Positions 13,371 to 25,800 of a stretch of DNA of 64,000 nt are shown piece after piece. The notes under the pieces are model-generated. The model ran no database searches. It worked only from the letters and a program-made list of their open reading frames with translations, and had not been told where the DNA came from. Both the position numbers and the translations under genes were made by a program. The stretch's first letter is position 1, and the number at the start of each line of letters is the position of its first letter. Origin of the DNA: Camelus ferus (taxonomy: Eukaryota); assembly GCF_009834535.1 (NCBI RefSeq), contig NC_045702.1, forward strand, positions 1,612,001 through 1,676,000, in the 5' to 3' direction.

Positions 13371-13747
13371 TTGTCTTTTTTTTTGTTAAATGTTTTGTGA
13401 ATTGATGCTAAATTCTTTGAGGACTCAGAACTTGTCTCAGATTCTCGTAATCTCCCCGGAGCGCCTGTCCCACTTCCTGCACACTGAAGATGCTCATTAA
13501 AGATTCACTGTCTGGATGAATAGAAGTTATTAATTGTTTCATTAGAAATACTTTGGTAAAAATGGACTTAATTTGAATAGAAATTTAATGGCTTATCCTA
13601 AAAAATTGTCAATATGGAATGATTGTGCCTTTAATGTGTAAGTCTCATGAGGATTAGAGGCTAAAATATGTGTTGATAATGCTTTGGGATGTGTAAATAT
13701 ATTTAGTTTGGCTTAAATACAGTGTTTGGATTTTGGACTTGTGTCTG

Positions 13748-14096
13748 TTTTTTTTTAACTTTTTAATACTGAAGTATAGTCAGTTTACAATGTGTCAATG
13801 TCTGGTGTACAGCATAATGTTTCAGTCATACATATACATAAATATATTCGTTTTTATATTTTTTAAATTATAGGTAACTACAGGATACTGAATATAGTTC
13901 CCTGTGCTATACAGTATAAACTTGTTGTTCATTGGTTTTGTGAGGATTCTCCTTGTACTTCCGATGTAAGAGATGTTCTGCCAAAGTGCAGTAGGTATTC
14001 TGTGTGACTTGTTCTGTGTGTGGATGTGTTTCTGTTGTATTCATGGGAGAGGGTGAGCACTGCTTCCTGCTACTCTGCCATCTTGGCAGCGCCCCC
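13748..14096 (-). mobile_element. Short L1-derived element: L1 5' UTR start fused to L1 3' UTR end, with TSD
   Basis: The minus strand starts GGGGGCGCTGCCAAGATGGCAGAGTAG...CTCACCCTCTCCCATGAATAC and ends ...ACTGACTATACTTCAGTATTAAAAAGTT-polyA. Flanked by tggacttgtgtctg and tggacgtgtgtgtg (12/14 identical). Confidence 0.75.
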
Positions 14097-17000
14097 TGGA
14101 CGTGTGTGTGAAATGTTGTGTGTTACCTGTGTTACCTTGGAATGCCACTTCACTTCTCTGGGCCAGAATTTAGTGACATAAGTAAATAAAATACTGAACT
14201 TAGTTCTAAATCTCTGTATCTTATAGCAAGATGTGTCTCTGTCAACAATGAGAAGATGAGTAAAACATTTTCTTGAAAAATGTGATATACAGAAATGATA
14301 TTGGAGCCCGAGTGAGGCAGGGTGGTAATCCTCTGGTCACTGACAGTTTTAGCCGGGGGGTCTTTGTCATTTGTCAGCTGGCTGCCGTGAGAAGCGTTCC
14401 ATCATCCGCTTGGTGTGGGCCACAACCTGCCAGCAGTTACAGTTTACTATAGGATGGTACAAATTAAAATGATAGCTAACACTTGTACTGTGGTTATTTT
14501 TATTATTATAATAAAATAGGAAAAGGGTAAAAAATGCACAGAAGAAAGAAAATATTTCATTCACTTTATGTATCTTGTATACTCTTAAAAATTAGTAGAA
14601 AAATATGAAACTCTTCAGTTCCATAAATTAAAAAACAGTGACTCAGCTGCTTTAATGGATTGTCCTTTCTGAGTGATGAGTATGTTTTGGAACTAGATAA
14701 AGGTGGAATTAAGGTATAGCCTCAAATAAAATGAGGAAATAATTGTTCAGTTTTCGAGGTATTTTCTCTCAGCAAGGCCCACTTTTTGCGAAGCTGTCCA
14801 TACTCACTTAAGACCAGACAGAGGCACACGTTTATAAAATGACTGCTCACCTTGAGATTCAGCTTGTTAAAAGACAAGCACAGTGAAGCTGACTCAGCTT
14901 TACAAGGTGTGTGTGCTTTATTTTGGTTTGTCAACAAGAATGGCCAGTATGCTGTTTTGGACGTGACGTCATGAAGAAACAATACAGAATCCATCTTTGT
15001 TTCGTTTTCAAGTCCCACAGAAGGTCAGAAAATTCACTTTTAGATTGTAAGCCATCAAGCTTTAAAAAAGCAAAGCAAGTGTTATATTTACTTATTTATA
15101 AAAATTAAATCAGAAGTCAGTCCTTACTGATTTTAAGGTATCATTGTTAGTTAAATTAACAATTTCTAGTTAATTGGTCTCAATAGTTCAGTCATTTATT
15201 ATAATGTACATCACTATAGTTACTGGCTACTTACTGAGGTATTGTTTATACTAGTAAAAATAAAAAACAATCTTAGTAGGAAATTTACTTAGTTAAATTT
15301 CAGTAGATCCAAACAGTGGAGTGTTTTTTGGCCCCTACAGATGATGTTGTAGATGAGTATTTGTTGATAAAGAAAGATACTGAAAAAAATATTTTTCTCT
15401 GGGTGGAAGGATTTTATGATATAGAAAAACTTATATTTATAAAATTTTAAAAATATTTGCATTGTATAATATTTCCACAGTAGATATGTATTGCTTTTTG
15501 TTATAAGAAAAAGTTATACATTAAGGTAAAAAGTTCCACAGCTTATTGCTAAAATTGTTCTTTTTGTTCTGTTTTCCTTCTGAATACATAAGCAAAAGCT
15601 ATTTTAGTTCTGAGGTTCTCACAACACTATTCAAAAGCCAACTGGTTGTCTTTCCTTTAAAGCTCACGCTTTCTTTGTAGAATTTTTAAATTATATGTCA
15701 TTCTTTGACAGTTCGATTAGTTCCTCAATTCCAGTAAAATATTGGTCTTAACTTAGTTTTGTCATTTTGGAAATTATTGAATATGGCTGAACTTGGATTA
15801 ATCTTCTTATTTACATTCATGAAGTTTTTTGTCTATGTGGTAAAATGATAGGTTGGTTCATAGTATTTTGTATACTGTGTTGAAATATTTTGTGACTCCA
15901 GCAGATGGAGCTAGAAGTTAATGCTTCCTATAGTGGTTTGGCAGTTCAGTTTGGTTGGGTTGGGTTTTAAACCAAGTATTCTGGGATTATTAAATAATCT
16001 TTATTTACGTTTAGATACCTCTTTGGGGGATGGGCATTGAATATGTTTCCAAAAAGGTTGTCACTGATACTGATTTTGATAAATTACAAGGTTTCTGAAG
16101 TTTTAGGGTTCTACTGCTGCATCAGAACATAGAATTTTAGCTTTCTGAAGTAGAGAAATTTAGCTCAGATTCCTTTTTGGTTTACAAATTAATATGTGAT
16201 AATATGTAATACAGTAAAGGTGGTGGTAGTATGTTATGTGTATTAGCTCTAATTTTTAATTTAAGAATGTTTTATCAAAATTACAGAATATTCTTAAGGG
16301 GTATTTATGTGTGTACGTCTGATGTGTGTTTATAAAATGCTGGAGACTTACTGAGTTTCACACAGTTGCCAAAAATAGAACGACAACTTAGGAGTATATA
16401 GTAGCTATGTTATTTTTCTATATATTAACTGTTCTTCTCATAATAACTTTAACTTTCTCACATGTTGCAAGTTTAATAATTAAATTAACCTAAGGCTGAG
16501 TCTGAAGCTTTCACATTTATTCTGGTTAATAATCTAATTTTTTGCATTCAGTTATTTAGACTTTGAACAAAAGCTGGCTATTTACATAGATGACTATACT
16601 GCTAGGTAGCATATTATCATCAACTCTCAAATTCCTTGTGTTAAGTGAATTTTTCTGGCAAATATAAGTATGGTGGAAGTTATATCTCTTTCTGCAATTG
16701 TGGTTGTTAAAACCATCAGTGGTAATGTTGAATCTCCTGGAAAAGGGGGAGTGGGGGAAAATAAAAATTGTTTTAAATTATATATATTATATATAAAGTT
16801 CAGTACACAAAAGAAGTTATCTAACCTCACTACAAAACTAAATGAGTTGCTTAGTATCTTTGTTCAGCAGATGTTGCTGCTTGTCAGTATCTGTTGATAC
16901 AGATTTCTTTCTTTAGCTTTTTCATAACTATCTTCATTTTAAGTGTATTGGTTAGTCAGAATAGGTTCTTTTACTGATTAGTGTGATCTTTTTGCCTAAG

Positions 17001-18429
17001 GCAGACTTTCATTTTTCAACTTTTGACTTCCAGAGAAGAATTTGAATTTGTATTTTTCACTGCATGAAAGGGAAACATGATCAGAAAGAGAAATTCTGGA
17101 ATTTCGTATATTTAGAGATCAGCAGCAGTAATAAAGTCTCCTTTCTGCTCTGGGTGATAGCTGATCATTTTAAATTATAAAAACTAAGTAAAAATTTCCC
17201 TCCATTATTAAAGTATCGTGGACTCTGAGCTTTCAGGGGTTTTTGCTAGTGGTTGCAGCTCTCTGAGGGCAGTCTTGGAGCCCCTGCTACACGGTAACTT
17301 GTTTTGCTAAGGCTGGGATTGGAGTTGAGCTTCGTGAGGCTGGCGGGTAGACAGGCCGCGCCGCGGCTGCCGAGGGCCCAGCCTGCGCCTCCATCTCAGG
17401 TCAGCTTTGTGTTCTCCGTGCTTCTTGTGCACTTTGTGGGGAAGTTACAGGATGTCGGGGTGTGAAGGGCTTTGGGTTTCACAGAAGCATTCAAGTGTGT
17501 ATTTCATGATGCGTAAGGGCCTTTACGTGCTCCTTGCAGAGAACTTAGACTGTGCAGCCATGGGGAGGAAAACAACCACCCACCATTCTGCTGCACTCAC
17601 TTGTCAGTACTTCGGTGTATTTCTTTGCAATTTATTTTCTGTGCCTATTTTTGTCATTGTTGTTTTCATAGATCTTTTAATATCATGTAAGTATATAGAG
17701 TGTTGTTGTGTAAGCTTGCTTTGGTATAATTAGTGAGAATCATTCTCTAAGGAAAGGGTTGAGAGCTAATTTTAGCTGTAATTCATAGCACTTCCTTGTC
17801 TTTATCTGGTCTAATTGATGTACGTTAGAGTTTTTCAGGTTTTTGGAGCATTTGCATTATGTTGAGACAGGGCAGGGAGAGGCACTGACATTGGTTTACC
17901 ATTTTGGTATGTAATTTCTCTTCTGTTCTTCATGAGAGCTCTGTAAGGTCTATTACAGCCCATTTTATACACGAGGAAATAGGACAGTGCAGTTGAAGTC
18001 CCTTTTCTGGGTCACCTGTAGCTGACAGATGCAAACCCAGGCTGGTCCGACATAAGGTACCACTCACTTGGACACCCACTGCCTGGACTGAGGAAGTCTT
18101 TAAAATCATGAAGAGTGTGAATACTGTGTTGTGCACTAAGTACACGGAATACGTGCAATATTTTATTGAAGTTGGATTTGTTAAAACCTTTCTGTATTCG
18201 AAAGATGTTTTGGTTTCTTAAGACTTGTGTGTACATAAATGTAAACAAATGTGTAAGTGTTAGTTCTGTTGTAGTGTCTTACAAACTGGTCATAAGCTCA
18301 ATTAAGCATTTTGTTTTACAGAGATGGATAGACTTTCTAGGCTATCATATTCTCAGTTTAAACATTTCCTTTAGTAAAATCTTACTAAAGTGACACTCTC
18401 TTTTTGCCAACCAGACAAAAAAAAGGCCC

Positions 18430-18850
18430 TCAGCTTAGGGTCTCACGGGCTGAAATTAAGGTTTTCACAGAGTTGTATTCCTTATTGGAAGCTCTGTGGG
18501 AAGAATTTGCTTCAAAGTTCATTCGGGTTTTTGGCTGAATCTGGTTCTCTGTGCTTGTAGGACTGAGGCCCTCATTTCCTTGCTAGCTGTTAGCCAGGTG
18601 CCATCTTTGCCCCAGAGGCTGCCTCTCTCTTTTCTTTTTCCATGTGACCCCATCCAGCAAAGTTGTGTCAACTTCCTCCCTGACTTACTCTTCTCTTCTG
18701 CTGCTTCTCTGACTGAGAGAAAATTCTCTGCGTTTAAAGGCTCATTTGGTTCAGTTGTGCCCACCTGGCTAATCCAAGATGGTCTCCCTGGGTCTCTTTA
18801 TTAAAGTCCTTAGCCTTCATTATATCTGCAACATCCTTTTTTGCCGTGTA
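18430..18850 (-). mobile_element. MaLR LTR (old MLT1 subfamily)
   Basis: GGCTGAAATTAAGGT...GAAGAATTTGCTTC...GTAGGACTGAGGCCCTCATTTCCTTGCTAGCTG...ATCTGCAACATCC is an MLT1 signature. Confidence 0.7.
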
Positions 18851-19262
18851 TATTTGGTGAATAGTGTTTTCCCCAAATTTGTGTCCCCCTAGAATGTCAG
18901 GACATGACCTTATTTGGAAATGATGTCTTTGCAGATGTCGTTAGTGAAATAAGATTATAATAGATTAGGGTGAGCCTAATCCAGTAGCTCCTCCTTATAC
19001 GGAGACAGAGCTGAGCCGGACACAGTGGGGAGAAGGCCATGTGAAGACCAAGGCAGAGGTGGGAGTGTTGCGCCTGCAAGCCCAGGAGAGCCCGACACCA
19101 CAGGCAGCCGGCAGAGCAGCGTGGAGGGGCTCTTCCCCAGAACCTCCAGCAGGGCAGTGCTGCTGCTGGCCTTTGCTTTCGGACTTCAAGCCTCCACGAC
19201 TGTGAAACAGGAGGTTTCTGTCTGTGGTGCTTTGTTGGGGCAGCCCTAGGACACTCACTGAT
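18851..19262 (+). mobile_element. MaLR LTR (MLT1B/C-like)
   Basis: ATGACCTTATTTGGAAATGATGTCTTTGCAGATG...GGCCATGTGAAGACCAAGGCAGAG...GACTGTGAAACAGG...GCAGCCCTAGGACAC. Confidence 0.85.
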
Positions 19263-19389
19263 GCGCTGTGGGACGATTCCAGGGGTTAAAGTGTGGGTAT
19301 CTTTGGGGCTCACTCTCCCTACCTTGAGTGTGCAGCTGAGTACAGAGCAGGAAAATACAACCCATAATGAGGGGAAAAAGTCAGGCAAA

Positions 19390-22300
19390 ACTGACTCACA
19401 GTTGACATGATTCAGAATAAGACAAGGTCATTGGAACGTTTCTTCTAACTCCAGTTCACATATTCCAGAAGCTAGAGGAGAGGCTGAACATATCGAGACA
19501 TAAAAGATATGAACAAGAACCAAATAAACTTCTAGAGATGGAAGCTGTAGTGTTTGAAATGAAAGTACATGGGACGGGATTCCAAAAGCAGACTGGACGT
19601 TGCAGAAGAGATAAGACATAGCAGCCGAAAACTGAAAAAGAAGCACACAGAGAAAAAAATGGCCGAAAAACTGATCAGGTCATCAGTGGTATAACTGATG
19701 TTCTTGAAGGAGGGAGGATTAAGAAAAATATTTGAAAAATTAATGGCAGAAAGATTTCAAGATTAGATGAAAACTGTAAACTCACTTATCCAAGAAGCTC
19801 AACTAGCTTTAGGTACAAGAAACCTGCCGAGACACATCAAGTTGGTCAAAATCAGTGTTAAGGAGAAAATCTTAAAAGCGTTCAGAGAAAAAGATGTAAA
19901 GTACAAAGGAGCAATGACGAAACTCATAGCTTATTTCTTCTGGGAAAAAAATGCAAGACAGATGGCAGGGTAGCAACGTCTTGAAAGTAGCGAAAGAAGA
20001 AAGCCCCGCCAGCCTGGTTCTATATCCAGTGAAAATGCTTTCTCAAATCGAAGTCTCAGTCAGGACCGTGTCAGATGTACAAAAGGCGAAAAGTCATCAC
20101 CACACACCTACGCTGACAAAAGTAAGGGGAGACTGGCGGCAGGTAGACGTCTGGATCTGTAACTCCAGGAGTGGCTAGTGTGCGGGTGAACGCTGGAGCG
20201 ACGCCACGCTAATTCCAGTAAGAAGGGGGTGGAGTAGGTGTGCTGATACCAGAGACGGTTAAGGAACATCCCGGGCTTGAGAAGATTGCTTCATACTAAT
20301 GAAGGGGTCCACCTGTCAGAGTGACACAGTAGTAACCTTGGTCTACCTATCATCTACCTGTCTGCTTAACGATATTTATTAAATAGCTATTAAGTACACG
20401 AAGCAAAACTTGTGGAAATTAAAGGATTGATAGTAAAAAATCACGATTATATTCAGATATACCAATATCCCCTTTTCAATAACTGATGGAACAAGTAGCC
20501 AGGAAAAACTCAAGGCATGGATACTTTCAAATACTTGAAATTGAAGACTTGAGTAACACTTAACTAACTTGGCCTGTTTGCATTTACGGAACACTCTGCC
20601 CGTCAGTAGTGGAATACGCATTCCTTTCAAGTATTCGGGGAGTATTTACCAAGAGAACCGTATTCTGTGCCGTAAGACAAGCCTCAGCACTTTGTCCTAC
20701 ATGACACGCTCTCTGGTGACAATGCACTTGAGCAGGGAATCAGCAGCAGCACCGTATCGAGAAAACGCCTCAGGTAAGTGGCCACTAAATAGCACTTGAC
20801 AGTAGCTCTCAGGTCGAGGAGCAAGCCGAAAGGGAAATCCGGCATACTTTGAAGGAAAGAAAAATGAAAATAAAACATCTCAAAATTTATAGCACAAAGG
20901 TAACCGTTTAGGAAAAGAGAAGTCCTTAAGTCAGTTCCCATGGCTTCTACCTTCAGAAACTAGAGAAGGGAGCAAGTGAATCCCAAAGTGAGAAGAAGAT
21001 GGGAAATGAAAAAAGATGAGAGGAGACATCAATGAAACAGAAGATGGAGAACATCCACGAGGAGGTCAGCCGGGCTGACGCAGCCTCAGCCAGATCGCAG
21101 GACGCACCGTCGTGAATGTCAGGCCTGGGGGTGGTGGCGCCACTCCGACTCTGCGGCTGCTGAAGGGCTGACTAGCACGCATGTTGAGCACCTTTATGCC
21201 AGCAAATTCAACAAGTTAGAGAAACTGAAAAATTCCTTGAAAGGCAGAAGCCAATGAAACCCTCTTATGCATTGTGGAAATGTTACAAACATTCTCACAA
21301 ATAAAACTCTAGGCCAGCAAGACTTCATTGTTCTACCAGATACTTAAAGAAGAAATGCTGTCAGTTCTACACAGACTTTTTAAGAAAATTGAGAATGAGG
21401 GACTACTTCCTAACTCTGAGACCAGCATTACCCTGATACCAAAACCATACAGACACACGTGAAAACTGTAGACCAATATCCCTCACGAACATAGATGCAT
21501 GAATTTTTAACAAAATTTTAGCAAATCAAACATAACAATAATAAAAAGGATAATATGTCATCACTTTTTTAAAAAATCAATGAATATAATTCACCATATA
21601 TACATATTGAAAATGAAAATTCATATGGTCATCGCAATATATGCAACAAAAGCATATGACAAAACTCAGTGTTCATTCCTGATAAAATCTCTCAGCAAAT
21701 TAGGCACGAAAGGGGATTTTCTCATCCTAATAAAAAGCATCTCTGAAAACCCTGCAGATAACATCATACTTAATAGTGAAAGGTTGAATGATTTTTACTT
21801 GTGATCAGAACAAGGCAAGGATGTCCTCTCTCACCACTTCTATTCAACATTGTTCTGGTGATTTTTAAACAATAAAGAACATTCAGATTGGAAAGGAAAG
21901 AGTAAAACTGTCTCTGTTAACAGATGATATGACTGTCTATGTAGAAATTTTTATGGAATCTATTATAAAAAAGCTATTAGAACTAATAAGTGGATTTTGC
22001 AAGGTTGCAGGATACAAGATCAATATATAAAACTCCACTGCACTTCTATATACTAGCAATGAGTAATTGGAAATTGATTTAAAAACCAGTGCCATTTATA
22101 CACAGTAGAATCAAAAATACGAAATGCTTTGGGATGTGTCCTATATGCAGTAAACTAGAAAACACTGCTGAGAAAAATTAAAGAGTACTGTCATAAATGG
22201 AGCGAGAGGCTGTGTTCATAGAAGACAGTACTGCTAAGATGTCCATTCTCCCCAAGTTGATGTTTTGATTCAACACAGTCTCAGTCAAAGTGCCAGCATG

Positions 22301-23780
22301 CTTTTTCTTTTGTAGAAATTGAAATGCTGGTCTAAAATTTAGGTAGGAATTCAAAGGACTTAGAATAGCCAAAACAGCTTTGAAAGAGAACAGAATTGGA
22401 GCGCTGACCGCCCAACTCGGAGTTTAAGGCCCTCGTAGCTGAGACTGCGGTGACAGCACAGAGATAGACAAATAGATGAACTGAATAGAACAGAGTGTCC
22501 AGGAATGTATCATTATAACATACTGTCATTTTACTTTTAACAAAGGTGCAAAGGCAATTTGGTGGAAAGAGGCTGTTTTTAACAAATGGTATTGGAGCAA
22601 TCATAGGCAAAAAATGAACTTCAGTTCATATCTGGCACTGTATACAAAAAGTGATTCAAAAAGATCATAGACCTAAATGTAAATCCTAAAACTGTAGCAC
22701 TTACAGAGGGAAACATAGGAGACAGTCTTTGACACTGGGCTCGACCGTAACTTGGGTAAGACAATTATGCTGCAAGGCATGATCCATAAAGAAAACATTG
22801 GTAGATTGCACTTCATCAGCATGAAGGAATTTTGTTCTTTGAAAAGTACTGTTAAGAGAATGCAGAGACAGTCCACAGAGTGGGAGGAAGTGTCTGCAAA
22901 TCCTATACCAGATAAGGGACTTGTAGTCAGAGTATTTAAAGACCTTGCCAAACTCAGGACACAAACAGACAACCCAATGACAATGGACACCAGATCTGAA
23001 GAGACATTTTAGCAGAGAAGATATAGATGGATGGCAAATAAGTTCATGAAAAGATGTTCACATCATTATTCATTGGAGAAACGCAAATTAAAACAGTAGT
23101 GAGAGACCACTGTACACCTGTTGGAATGGCTGAAACTAAGAACACTGCCCATACCATTTTTTTGGTCAAAATGCAGATGAAATTTGAACCCTGCTGGTGG
23201 GAATGTAAAATTATACACTCAACTTTGGAAAACATTTTGACAGTTTCTTAAAATGTTAACTGTACACCTGCTGTCTGACCCAGACATTGCATGTCCATGT
23301 ACTTACCACAAAGAAACGAAAGCCTGTGTCCATACGAAGACTTGTATGTGTTTATATAACAGCTTTAGTTGTGAGAGCCACAACCCAGACAGCAGTTTGC
23401 AGGTGGATGGATGCTGTGTAGTAACTGTATTGAATCTGATACAAAGGGACAGACTGTTGATACTGTCAGTGTTGAAAAAAATCTCAAAATAATTGTACCA
23501 CGGGACAGACTCCAGACAAAAACAAGGTTACATACTACACATTACCATTTTTAGAAAGTTTTGGAAAACACAGTCTTTTCTAAGGTTCACAATCTGGTGG
23601 GTGGAGTATGGGTTGGGGTGGGGAGTGGCAGGAGGCTGTGATTATAAAATGGCATAAGCAAATGTGGGGGTGATGGATACATTCATTATCTTGGTTATGG
23701 TGACATAACTGCCCAGTTTTATGAAATTGTACACTTTGTAGTTTATATCAATTGTAACTCAATAAATTTGCTACAAATTA
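19390..23780 (+). mobile_element. Old L1 (L1M), degenerate ORF1 C-terminus, ORF2 and 3' UTR
   Basis: Track peptides IQEAQ...PRHIKLVKISVKEKILKAFREK (ORF1), IIHHIYILKMKIHMVIAIYATKAYDK (RT), KEFCSLKSTVKRMQRQSTEWE and CWWECK (ORF2 C-terminus). Confidence 0.92.
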
Positions 23781-25179
23781 GTATTTTTACTTTTTATATA
23801 CATCATGATTTTCTGCAAAGTGAACGTGGGTGCTCAGAAAGTAGGATAGTTTGGTACAGAAACTACTCAGCGCTGTGCGTTAGTAGCCTCTGGGCATACG
23901 ACTATTACTGAAAGCAGAAAATCATAAAGTGCTTGTTTTGTTACAGGCATGCTGACTGTTGTTCATGCCTTATTGCGCTTAATTCTCAGCACCACCTGCG
24001 GACGTGATCCTCAGCCTCGCTGCACAGGTGAAGAACCTGTGACTTAGAAGGGTTGTCATGTGAAAGTGCAGACGGGGCTTGAGCCCAGGCCTGTCTGAAA
24101 CTCCAGTGTGTGCGTTTGGCCACCATCCTGTGTGCTCTTCTTAGTTATTAACACAGTACAGCAACTGGCCATAATTATAACCCCTGTGAATGAAGAAGAG
24201 GGTTAAGATCTTTAGCATTTTTTTTTCAGGGCTGGAAAGTGGAAAAGTATTTTAGAACAGTTTTTATTTTTAAAATTGCAAATTAAAGTTCTTCTTAAGA
24301 CATTGTTTTCTGAAACATTTTGTAGAACATTTTATTTCCTGCTAAGGTAAATATATACTCTAAAATTCGCTCACTCTATCTAGATTCTTGAGTAAGAAAC
24401 TTGTAAATTGATTTTTAATTATATCACCCTACCTACTAAAGGAAGTAAATCTCTTTAGGTAACCTGTACAGGTGCTGAATTATTTCTTTTTATTTGTTTG
24501 TATTCCATGCTGTTCCAAAAAGGATTTAGGGCACTTATGAAACATATATGTTAATTTGTAACCAACACAACTGTAAACTAGTTGACTTTGGTTCCCAGAC
24601 AGCTCAGCGTATAGTCTCATAGGTCTGGAGTGGAAGCTGTGAGGGCAGAGGTTTGCCTGGAACAGAGAGCTTTGTAAATAAGGGTTTTGAAAGAACAGCA
24701 GTTACCTCTTTTCAAAAACATTGGGTTATGATTGCATGTAGTCCATTGAACTTATGCTTAGCATAATTTTTATCTTTGATTCTTGATCTTATAAATTTTA
24801 ATGAAGGTTATAGCCATCAGTTTTAAAGTTGATTATTTTACGTATAAAGAGTGAGAGGTTGGGTCAAATATTATTCCAGTGACATACCTAAAGTTCTGTC
24901 TTTTAAAAAATCTAGTATTATCATGTAAGTTGCTTTTTATTGTGATTTTATGAGAGCAGAATGTGCCAGAAAGGGAAAAGGTGATGTGAGCTTGCCTGCC
25001 CCTTTTACTTTTTCTTTCCCACTTGGAATTGCTTACTAAAACTTCTGTGATGTCGTGGTTTTAAAAAATCCCCAGACTTAGTGCAGCTCCTTGCAGGCTC
25101 TGCAGCCTCGGCAGGTTTTGCGTAGCCAGCCTCTGCCGTGTCAGGGGTTGCCGTGAGGAGCAGATGAGTTTGTGTAATA

Positions 25180-25340
25180 ATGTGTAAATCACATAGAATA
25201 GTGCTCAACGTAAGGGCTCAATAAATGCTAATTATTACTTTTAGGGTTTTTATGAGGCTTAAATTAAACAAGGTTGTACATGTAGAATGTTCAGTAGAGT
25301 ATCTGGCATTTATTAAGTGCTCAATAAATGCTAGTGGCTC
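25180..25340 (+). mobile_element. MIR fragment
   Basis: GAGGCTTAAATTAAACAAGGTTGTACATGTAGAATG...TAAGTGCTCAATAAATGCTAG resembles the MIR 3' end. Confidence 0.6.
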
Positions 25341-25696
25341 TAATTTAAATATTCAGGTGCCAATATGTCTGAAGAGGCTGTGTCTTTGCATCTCTGCATG
25401 TATCGTATCTTTAGTGAATGCATTTTAGGGCTTGAGGAAAAATCGTTAGTTTTTGTGTTGACTTTTCCCAATAGGTACAAGTTACAAAGCTATAAACAAT
25501 TTGGAGAAATATGTAATCATTTTTCTGGTTTCTAAGTTTAAGTCATTTGTTAGGCCTCCCTCTCCAAGTTTATGTTTATTTTCACTGTTAAAAAGTACAG
25601 AACTTTGACTAGTGTCACAGGCTAGCTCTGTGATTTTCTTTGGCAGGACTTGTCAGTGTCTAACTCATCTTTCTTCCGTTGTTCTCCGCCCTGCAG

Positions 25697-25800
25697 GTTT
25701 GTGGAACCTTGCTTCTCTCTTTTCCAATCTTTGTTTATTTGTGTTGATGCCCTTTGCCTTTTTCTTTCTGGAATCAGAAGGTTTTGCTGGCCTAAAAAAG
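25697..25800 (+). CDS. LMBR1: LMBR1 coding exon 5 (104 bp), (G)LWNLASLFSNLCLFVLMPFAFFFLESEGFAGLKK
   Basis: ctgcag|GTTTGTGG...CTAAAAAAG|gtaagt. Contained in track ORF 25612-25839. Ends in phase 0. Confidence 0.98.

Noticed and set aside
14340-15400. Possible hAT/Charlie-like DNA transposon remnant
   Set aside because: The resemblance is too faint to name a family without a database search.
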